The position numbers were made by a program, and so were the translations under genes. This document shows positions 56,348 to 64,000 of a stretch of 64,000 nucleotides of DNA, piece by piece. How positions within the stretch are numbered: position 1 is the stretch's first letter; every line of letters begins with the position of its first letter. This stretch comes from an uncultured delta proteobacterium (GTDB lineage: Bacteria > Desulfobacterota > Desulfobacteria > Desulfobacterales > JAHEIW01): assembly GCA_963706575.1 (NCBI GenBank), contig CAVPNL010000006.1, positions 672,001 through 736,000 of the forward strand, read 5' to 3'. A model generated the notes under the pieces. That model had not been told where the DNA came from. It saw only the letters and a list, made by a program, of their open reading frames with translations, and searched no databases.

Positions 56348-57205
56348 TTATCTGACTTCTGATTTCTGACCTCGGTTATCTGTCCTCCGACCCCTGTCTT
56401 CTGTCTTCTGACCGCTGCCTTCGTCCTCGGTTCTCTTTCTTCTGTCCTCTGGCCCCTGTTTTCTGTCGTCTGTCATCTCATGGCGATGAGGATAGACACC
56501 ATGTTCGTGGGCATGGACATGCTCGTGGAGGTGTAATTCTTTGTCCAGAAGAATTTTGCCGTCCGCCATCGTGTAAATGGCGCCAACAGTTTCGGCCAGA
56601 AAGTCAAAATCATGGGAAATGAGTAAATACGAGAGATCTAGGCCGGACATAATTTCATTTGAGTTTGGTCTTGGTCTTTGTGTCCAGGCCGTTGACGGGT
56701 TCGTCTAGAAGCAGAATTTCGGGTTCCATGGCCAGAGACCGTTGCCAGAGATACCAATCGTTTTTCGCCACCGGACAACTTAAAGGTTATGCGGTCTTCA
56801 AATCCGTTCTAGACCAAGAAAATCCAGGGTTTCTTGAGCGATTCGCATGGCTTCATTTTTGGGTTTGCCCAGATTCAAGGGACCAAAGGCCACGTCTTCC
56901 AGCACGGTCGGGCTGAAAAGCTGATCGTCGGCGTCCTGAAAGAGAAGGCCGATCTTGCGGCGAACATTTGCAAAGTCTCTTTCGTCTCTGGTGCGCTTTC
57001 CGAAGATTTCGATGCGGCCGGCTGTCGGCTTTAGCAATCCCATAATCAGGTGCAAAAGGGTGGTTTTGCCGCTGCCGTTAGGTGCGATTAAACCGATCCG
57101 GTCCCCCCGCTTAAATTGAAAATCAAGTTGATTAAGTACCGGGGGACCTCCAGGGTAGTTAAAAGACACACCTTCAAGATTTATTATCGGATTATTTTCG
57201 TTCAT
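56348..57205 (-). CDS. cbiO: Cobalt/nickel ECF transporter ATPase; three +1 frameshifts (~56807, ~56736, ~56660); His-rich tail
   Basis: PNGSGKTT and FQDADDQLFSPTVLEDVAFGP. LSGGEKR, LLLDEP and ISHD can be read in successive frames. Confidence 0.82.
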
Positions 57206-57211
57206 GATATT

Positions 57212-57971
57212 TTATAATGATTTCGACAACTCTATGACGACGAGGCCGACAATGATGGTCGTCATCATAATCGCAAATACCCAGCTTGTCGCATTGGTTT
57301 GAAATTCCTGCAGACTGTAGAATTTTCCTTTAAACCCCCGGCACCGCATGGCCTGATGAACCCGTTCAGCCCGGGCGGCTGCACGCACGAAGAGCATGCC
57401 GATAACAAAGGAATAGGTTCGATACGTATTTGCATTGGTACCCGGTCGGAACCCCCTGATTTTGGCCGCGCGCATCAGTCTCAGGTATTCCTCTTCGATA
57501 ACAAATATATACCGATAGGTCATCAACAACAGATAAACTATTTTTTCAGGGACCCGCAGCCGGTACATCGCATGACCCAATGTAGAAAATGGCATGGTTG
57601 CAATCAGGGCGATAAACGCGAGTAAAATAGCATTTGATTTTAACGTTATCTGGGCCGCCAGAATGACGCCCGGGCGATAAATGGCAAAAGAACCGATGCG
57701 GGTCAGCGCTTCCCCTTTGAAGGTAAACGGCAATACCAGCCATAAAAACAAAATCAGCGCATTGACAATGACCAGTCTTTTAAGAACCTCCTGAATCCTT
57801 ATGCGTGAGATAAGGATTAAAATTGAAGAGAAGCCCAACGCCAGTATTAAAACGGAAAATTGGTATGATAATGCAACCACAAATGCATACAGGACGGTCA
57901 GGCATTAGCCGGATCCGGGGATCAAGCCTGTGAATCATCGACTCTCCGATGGCAAAGGGTTCACTGATCAT
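57212..57971 (-). CDS. cbiQ: Cobalt/nickel ECF transporter T component; one +1 frameshift at ~57901
   Basis: S.IHRLDPR N-terminus in one frame; YRYI, RGF, RAERV..AM.CRGF in the other. Confidence 0.85.
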
Positions 57972-58098
57972 GTTTATGTATTTATTTCGTTTTGGATCGC
58001 GGCTGGAAGCCGCTCCCACCGGATAGCTTTAACGAGTGGGAGCGGCTTCCAGCCGCGATATAGTTAGTACAGAGCCCGGATCCAGTTCTTCTTAGTTA

Positions 58099-58581
58099 TT
58101 ATGCCTTCTTGCGACGCTTTCGGATGTAGGCCGCAATCCCTGCCAGGCTCAGGATGCAGCCAATACCGATAATGATCTCTTTGATGCCGGGGCTTTTTTC
58201 CGGAGTCGGCGTTTTTTTACCGGCGGGCATTTCAAACTCAGCGGCAGAAACAGTCCATTCCGCCCGGTGTGCCGCACCGGCGAGTAATACAATTTTCAGG
58301 TCGGTCTTTTTCGGCACCTTGAAGGAAAATTCGCCTTCTGCGTTGGTTGTCCCTTTTACGAGCTCAGTGCCCTGGGGATCTGTGACGATGATTTTGCCCG
58401 CCTTTACCCTTTTGCCGCCGCTGAATTTGCTTTCGACATGGACGGTGTCCCCCTCAACCCACGCAAACAGACTGACTCCATGGGCATCCACTGTTTCGAT
58501 TGGCAAACTCAAAAGGCAGCCAGCTAAAAATAAGTAGAAAATGGGCTTTGCCAAGTTCGATGTGAGAATATGGTGTTTCAT
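58099..58581 (-). CDS. Cobalt/nickel transporter accessory membrane protein (CbiL/NikL-like)
   Basis: Signal/TM, AH.V.LFA, G.T...GEFSF, H, C-terminal TM. Between cbiM and cbiQ. Confidence 0.65.
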   Translation of the reverse strand: MKHHILTSNLAKPIFYLFLAGCLLSLPIETVDAHGVSLFAWVEGDTVHVESKFSGGKRVKAGKIIVTDPQGTELVKGTTNAEGEFSFKVPKKTDLKIVLLAGAAHRAEWTVSAAEFEMPAGKKTPTPEKSPGIKEIIIGIGCILSLAGIAAYIRKRRKKA

Positions 58582-58584
58582 TGC

Positions 58585-59193
58585 TTATTCCTTTGACGGA
58601 CCGGACAGCATCGCCGGGTGTACTTTTTTCAAAAAGGACACACAAACAGCGGTAATCACCCCTTCTATAATCATTACCGGTACGTGGCCCGCCATGACGA
58701 TGACAGAAACTTCAAAAAAGTTCTCTTCAGTAAATATAAGTGCCAGACCTAAAATAACAACGCCCAGCAATACCGATAAAAAGCCGCAGGCAAAAGCCGC
58801 TGAAAGCGCCACCAGAGGTCTTTTGTGTAAAAAGGGACTGAAAACCAAATAGCAAATCACTGCCGGCAGGGCCATAATGACCGTGTTGACCCCCAGAGCC
58901 GTTATGCCGCCGAACTGAAACAGCATCGCCTGAAGCACCAGCGCCACCAGAATAGCGGGAAAGGCGGCCCATCCAAGCAGCAGTCCCACCAGTCCGTTAA
59001 GGATCAGGTGGGCATTGGCGGGTCCGATGGGGACATGGATCAGGGAGGCCACAAAAAAGACCGCCGAAAGAATTGCGGCCTGGGCGATGCGGTCATAATC
59101 GAGTTTTTTCAGACCTATGGCCGTTCCGGCAGCCGCCAATGCGCCCCCGGATATCAATACCGGACCGGATAGAATTCCTTCTGAAATATGCAT
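58585..59193 (-). CDS. cbiM: Cobalt/nickel ECF transporter S component
   Basis: N-terminal MHISEG, H.P, H...GL.G, QA.LF.FGG...LG.N. Confidence 0.9.
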   Translation of the reverse strand: MHISEGILSGPVLISGGALAAAGTAIGLKKLDYDRIAQAAILSAVFFVASLIHVPIGPANAHLILNGLVGLLLGWAAFPAILVALVLQAMLFQFGGITALGVNTVIMALPAVICYLVFSPFLHKRPLVALSAAFACGFLSVLLGVVILGLALIFTEENFFEVSVIVMAGHVPVMIIEGVITAVCVSFLKKVHPAMLSGPSKE

Positions 59194-59337
59194 GTCCTAC
59201 CTTTCGTGGGACCTAACATGCGGTAAAAAATATTTACGGTTTCGCGTGAATTCTTCTCACCACGAAGGACACGAAGATCACAAAGTTTTAAAAAAGTATT
59301 AAAGATTCTTTCTTCGTGCTTAAATATTTATTTTTTC

Positions 59338-60108
59338 TTATTGCCATTCGTGAAACTCGACCCAGATGACGGCCCCGATTTCTACATCTTTTTTTTCACC
59401 CGCATGTTCCAGTGTAAAATCAGCCTGGCTTAAAGCCGCAAATCCCCACCAGCCGGCTGCAGGTGCAGCATAGGTAAAAACACCGTTCCGGTCGGCTTTA
59501 ATCGTCTGGGTGATCATGTACGTTGTCGGCGCCTTAATTCTGCTGTCCTTATTGTAGTACTCCACTTCAACTTCGGCGAAGGGCACCGGTTTGCCGTCGA
59601 GTTTGACAATGCCCTGGAATACATTACCGGCATACAGGCCGAACGGTTTGGACAATGGAATGATCTCGGTTTTTAAGCCGATTTCTTTATCCCAGCCCTC
59701 ATCGTCACCAAATGCGGTGACAACAGTCTTGGTGTAGTGAATGATAAAGGAATCTTCAGCCGGCTCCCAGTAGGGTTCGGGTTCCATGTAAAACATATAA
59801 ACCCCCGGGCGCCTGACCGGATATGCCGCCTTCCAGGCGTTGCGATCCATTACTTGCGTTTTTTTAAGTGAGCCGAGCAGGTCCTGGTTTTTACCAGCGG
59901 CAAATACATGAAATGTTTTCGGTTTAGCCATCTCCATGCCCACCATTTCAAAGGGGTGAGAAAAGGAGAGAGTGACGGTTATCGTGCGACTGTCTTCCTG
60001 CATCACCATGGTATCAGAGGGGATAACCATCCCGAAGTGAGCCAGACCCGGGCTTGCCATTATGTGAAAAATTAACACCATGACTGCTAAAATGATCGCT
60101 TTGGTCAT
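59338..60108 (-). CDS. DUF4198-like periplasmic Co/Ni-binding protein
   Basis: Signal peptide then AHFGM, HPF, EI.PL..P, F.G.V...GKP, D..G.F, GWWGF. AAGGAGG RBS. First gene of the cbi operon. Confidence 0.75.
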   Translation of the reverse strand: MTKAIILAVMVLIFHIMASPGLAHFGMVIPSDTMVMQEDSRTITVTLSFSHPFEMVGMEMAKPKTFHVFAAGKNQDLLGSLKKTQVMDRNAWKAAYPVRRPGVYMFYMEPEPYWEPAEDSFIIHYTKTVVTAFGDDEGWDKEIGLKTEIIPLSKPFGLYAGNVFQGIVKLDGKPVPFAEVEVEYYNKDSRIKAPTTYMITQTIKADRNGVFTYAAPAAGWWGFAALSQADFTLEHAGEKKDVEIGAVIWVEFHEWQ

Positions 60109-60191
60109 TGAACCTCCTTTATTTTCAGCGTTCAATTCCGGCATACCGAATAGCCACCCTATTTAATTTGATCTTCTTTTGGGGCAGTTTC

Positions 60192-60337
60192 TAGAAGTGG
60201 TTTCAAAACCTCAGATCAGGTTCAAGGGCAAGGCGCAGGCCGATCGATAACGCGCAGCATACATGGGTATGTGAGCATTTATCGGAGGTCTGCAACGCAG
60301 CCATTGGGCCTTAGATGGGGTTTTGAAATCACTTCTA
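60192..60337. mobile_element. MITE-like element, shorter inverted copy of 35160-35362
   Basis: Same terminal inverted repeats and shared internal sequence. Confidence 0.65.
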
Positions 60338-62533
60338 ATGACCTTTGACCAGCTCCTTGTAAGCATCAGCATCTCTGATGTTTTCCAGATCGCTGTCGCT
60401 TTTAATACTTTCCCAGTTCGAGTATCCTTTGTCTATCGCCGTTTGTAGCCATTCAATGGATTCCTCCTTCCGTTTCAACCTTGAATACATGCAGGCAACA
60501 TTGTAATAGGTTTCGGCCTTATCCGGCCAATGACCCAATACTTCCTTAAAACGAGACAACGCCTTGGTATAATTCTTTTGCAAGGCATACATTAAGGCCA
60601 GATTATTAATCGCGCGGGGGAAATCGGGTTGAATTGCGAGTGATTTTTCATAATGCCGGACGGCCTCATCGATTTTTTGCTGCCGGGCAAAAATGCTTGC
60701 GGCATTAAAGTGAGCCAGGGCATGGCCTGGATTTCTTTCCAGGGCCGCCAAATAATGATTGAGGGCCTCATCGTACCTTTGCTGTATTTCCAAGGCAATA
60801 GCCAGATTATAATGGGCCTCAGCATCGTTAGGATCGATATCCAGGGCTTGATGAAAATGGGAGATCGCCTGATCTGTTTCACCTAGCTCGGTTAAAGCAA
60901 CACCGATGTTTGAGTGCGCCTTAGCCTGGGCGGGATTAATTTTCAAGATTTCCAGATAGTGCTTGATGGCTTCTTTCCGCTGGCCCTGTTTTGCCAGTGC
61001 CAGACCTAAATTGTTGTGTGCTTCCATATAACCGGGTTCTATCTGAATCGCCGTATTATAATGCTTGATAGCCTCAGCATCCCTTCCTTGTTGCTGCAGA
61101 ACATTTGCCAGATTAAAATGAGCCTTTGCATAACGCGGATTGATGCGGAGGGCCTGTCGGTATTGTTGAGTGGCTTCAGCTACCCTTCCTTTGTTAGAAA
61201 GGTTTTCACCCAGATTAAGGTGGGGTCGGGCTTTATTGGGTGATTTTTTAACGATATCGCTCCACAAGCTGAGCTCGTTTTGCCACACAGCGTTGCGCTG
61301 ATAGGTCCACACCGAAAACACGATTACCAGCGCACACAGCAGCACTGTCACCAGCCAATTCGGCTTGATGTAGCGAAAACATATTATTACCGGAATTAAA
61401 CAAAAGAGCATTGAAGGCAGGTACAGGCGGTGTTCGAAAATAATGGCCAGAGGAATGACGGATGATTCGATGGCCAGATTTCCGAAAAACCACAACAGAC
61501 AAAACGAAATTAATCGCTGCCTTTTGGCCAGATATAAAGCCAGCCCGACCAGGCCGACGATGACAGCCACCGACGGCAGAGTTGTCAACGGGTTGATCAA
61601 AGAATTCGATAGCGGAAAATCATAATCCAGGTTGAGCCGAGAGGGATGGGGGAAAAATATCAGGCTGAAATAATGGACGACGACCCGAAACTGGGTCATG
61701 ATTCTTTCAGAAAGGGTAAATTCCTTGTTAGCAAAATCTTTAATCGACGATAGTTTTTCCAATGGATCCGGGCCTAAATATAAAAGAGAAATCAGACCGA
61801 AAACAAAAAAAATCAAAATGACGAATTTTAGTTTGCGCTTTAACCAGTCGGCGCTAAGATCCTGGAAAAAATACCACTCGTAAAGAAAAACAAAAAACGG
61901 CAAGGTGGCAGCGTTTTGTTTGCTCCCCAGTGCAAATAGCCATGCCAGTAAAGCGCCGCTGAACCAGCCCCATTTTTTGACCGGTTGCGCCGCAAGACGC
62001 CCTTTCACATAGAGCCAAAAAGCAAGAATATAAAACAGGGCTGCCAGACTGTTCATCCGCTGCACGATATAGGTAACCGATTGGGTTTGGATCGGATGAA
62101 CCAGCCAAAGCAAAGCCGCAAAAAAGGCAACCATGAAACTGTGATCAACTTCAGTTTTAAGTGAAGGAAGCTTTAAGGTGGTTTGGACAAAAATGAAGAG
62201 GAATATACCGGCTAAAATGTGTATAACGATATTGACAAGATGGTAGCCTTCCACGTTGTATTGATGGAAGTAATAATTTAAAGCAAACGTAACATTGCCA
62301 ATGGGTCGTGTCTTGGGAGTTTGTTTGCCAAATGCGGTATCAATCAGGTTTGCCGCGCTAAGCTCAGTTATTCGAATGCTCTCATTTTCTATAATTTTGC
62401 GGTTATCATCAAAAACAAATGGACCATCAAAGGTGTTGGAATAAAGGGCAAAGCCGACTACTGAAAATACCAAAACGATTCCCAGAGCCAACAGGCCAGA
62501 TGAGTTTATTTGATAACGGTTGGATGTTCTCAT
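60335..62533 (-). CDS. TMTC-like membrane protein (GT-C-type multi-TM N-terminus plus TPR repeats)
   Basis: FVFDD, RP, YH.VN..IH, HP.QT.SV.YI.QR, SK, EHRLYLP, RN.VW, then many TPRs. Confidence 0.8.
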   Translation of the reverse strand: MRTSNRYQINSSGLLALGIVLVFSVVGFALYSNTFDGPFVFDDNRKIIENESIRITELSAANLIDTAFGKQTPKTRPIGNVTFALNYYFHQYNVEGYHLVNIVIHILAGIFLFIFVQTTLKLPSLKTEVDHSFMVAFFAALLWLVHPIQTQSVTYIVQRMNSLAALFYILAFWLYVKGRLAAQPVKKWGWFSGALLAWLFALGSKQNAATLPFFVFLYEWYFFQDLSADWLKRKLKFVILIFFVFGLISLLYLGPDPLEKLSSIKDFANKEFTLSERIMTQFRVVVHYFSLIFFPHPSRLNLDYDFPLSNSLINPLTTLPSVAVIVGLVGLALYLAKRQRLISFCLLWFFGNLAIESSVIPLAIIFEHRLYLPSMLFCLIPVIICFRYIKPNWLVTVLLCALVIVFSVWTYQRNAVWQNELSLWSDIVKKSPNKARPHLNLGENLSNKGRVAEATQQYRQALRINPRYAKAHFNLANVLQQQGRDAEAIKHYNTAIQIEPGYMEAHNNLGLALAKQGQRKEAIKHYLEILKINPAQAKAHSNIGVALTELGETDQAISHFHQALDIDPNDAEAHYNLAIALEIQQRYDEALNHYLAALERNPGHALAHFNAASIFARQQKIDEAVRHYEKSLAIQPDFPRAINNLALMYALQKNYTKALSRFKEVLGHWPDKAETYYNVACMYSRLKRKEESIEWLQTAIDKGYSNWESIKSDSDLENIRDADAYKELVKGH

Positions 62534-62543
62534 TATCCCTAAA

Positions 62544-64000
62544 TCAGTGATCCCTGATCAATTCCCGGTAAGCGGAAGAATTTCGAATATTTTCCAGGTC
62601 ACTGTCAGTTTTAATCTTCTCCCAATTCGTGTATCCTTTGTTTAGCGCTTTTTTTAGCCACTCGATCGAATCATCCACACGATTTAGCCGTGAATACATA
62701 CAGGCAACGTTGTAATAGGTTTCGGCATTATCCGGCCAATAATCTAAAATTTTATGAAATTCTGATAAGGCCTTGGCGTATTCTTTATTCTTTGCATACA
62801 CTAAAGCCAGATTGTTTAAAGCCTGAGGAAACCTCGGCTGAAGTGTAAGTGCTTCTTGATACTCACTTATAGCTTTGTTTAGGTCTCGCTTGGCGAGATA
62901 TAAATTCCCCATTTCATAATGTAGGAGCGGATCATTCGGTCTGTTTTTTAATGCCGCTTGAATACTCGCAGATTTTTCCTGGAATAATTTCTGAATGCTT
63001 AGCGCTTTTTTAAGGTTGTTGCGTGCCGAAATATAATCCGGTTTTATTCTTAACGCTTCTCGAAAGTGCGAGATCGCTGCTTCAATTTTCCCGTTCTTTA
63101 TCAGCAACGCCCCTAAACCATTATGAGCTTCAGCTCGATTGGGATCTGAGCGCAGGACCATTGTAAAGTGGTGAATGGCTTGATCTATTTCGCCTTGCTT
63201 TGCCAGTGCAGCGCCCAGGTTCAATTGGGCTTCTGCAAGATCAGGGCTTACCTCCAAGGCCAGACGGAAATGATCAATCGCTTCGTTAATGTTGCCTTGT
63301 TTTTCTAAAACAATACCTAAATTATTGTGAGCGTTAGCATGATGGGGATTATATCGGAGGGCTTGCTGAATTTGCTGAATGGCATCATTCGTCTTTCCCT
63401 GATTTAGGAAAACCATACCCAGGTTGTTGTGAGCTTCGACGTAGGCAGGCCTGATCTGGATGGCGGTTGTAAAATGTTTGACAGCCTCGGCATTTTTTCC
63501 TTGCTTCTGAAGAACACTTGCCAGATTAAAATGCGCTAAATCATAATTTGGATCTAGCCGCACGGCTTGCCTATATTGCTTCTCTGCTTCCAATATATCG
63601 CCTTTTTTAGAAATAGCTAAGCCTAGATTAAGATGGGGCCGGGCTTTATGCGGCGATTTTTTTACACAATCGGACCATATCGTCAAATCATTTTGCCACA
63701 CTTGGTTGCGTTGATAGGTCCAAGCCGAAAAGACGATGGCCACAGCACATAAAGCGCCGATCTTTAGCCAATTAATTTTGACATATCGAAATATTAAAAT
63801 TACCGGTATCAGGCAAAATAGCATTGACGGTAGATACAGGCGGTGTTCGAAAATAATGGCCAGCGGAATTATGGATGATTCGATTACCAGATTGCCGAAA
63901 AACCACAGGAGACAAAATGAAATTAGTCGCTGCTTTTTTAGCCAGATATATCGCCAGCCCGACTAAGCCCACGATGACAAGCAAAGAAGGCAGACGTTGT
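62544..64000 (-). CDS. Second TMTC-like TPR membrane protein, 5'-truncated by the window; +1 frameshift at ~63934-63939
   Basis: Clear paralogue of 60335-62533 (EHRLYLP, RNQVW, SPHKARPH, identical-style C-terminus). Confidence 0.8.

Noticed and set aside
1578..56475. Short tandem repeats as a CRISPR array
   Set aside because: Degenerate 7-mers in inverted arrangement, no regular repeat-spacer units, no cas genes.
53557..57902. Programmed frameshifting or phase variation in cobT/cbiO/cbiQ
   Set aside because: No slippery heptamers or long SSRs; three shifts within 150 nt in one gene point to sequence error.
1..64000. tRNA (including tRNA-Sec), rRNA, selA/selB/selD, transposase or integrase genes
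   Set aside because: None recognised by eye in this window; the Sec machinery must be verified elsewhere in the genome.

Overview
Bacterial window, most consistent with an anaerobic sulfate-reducer-type genome (Desulfobacterota-like; inferred from gene content and intergenic repeat style, not proven). Layout: (1) 1-4.7 kb, end of a Liv-type ABC transporter plus an acyl-CoA synthetase. (2) ~5-39.7 kb, a large corrinoid-dependent methyl-transfer island: MtrH-family methyltransferase, two MtaA/UROD-fold methyltransferases, a corrinoid protein, an ASKHA/RamA-type activator, DUF1638/DUF2284-type accessories, three COG0523 GTPases, six thioredoxin-fold proteins, thioredoxin reductase, an aquaglyceroporin and a V4R/two-component regulator. 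(3) 39.7-53.8 kb, cobamide salvage/remodelling and uptake genes with three cobalamin riboswitches. (4) 54-64 kb, ECF sigma/anti-sigma, a Cbi-type cobalt transporter and two TMTC-like TPR membrane proteins. The main finding, missed by the ORF track, is three in-frame TGA codons at conserved cysteine positions, each followed by a candidate SECIS hairpin whose loop starts GGU. One is in an MtaA-fold methyltransferase (PG-U-D, versus PG-C-D in its paralogue). Two are in thioredoxin-like proteins (UxxC, versus CxxC in two paralogues). A recurring operator-like palindrome (AATCATCT-N3-AGACGATT with an extra half-site 22 bp upstream) links the operons. Together these suggest a co-regulated, selenium- and B12-dependent methyl-transfer/thiol-redox system of unknown substrate. 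Six +1 frameshifts in the last 11 kb look like assembly errors. All family assignments are from motif recognition by eye; no database search was run.
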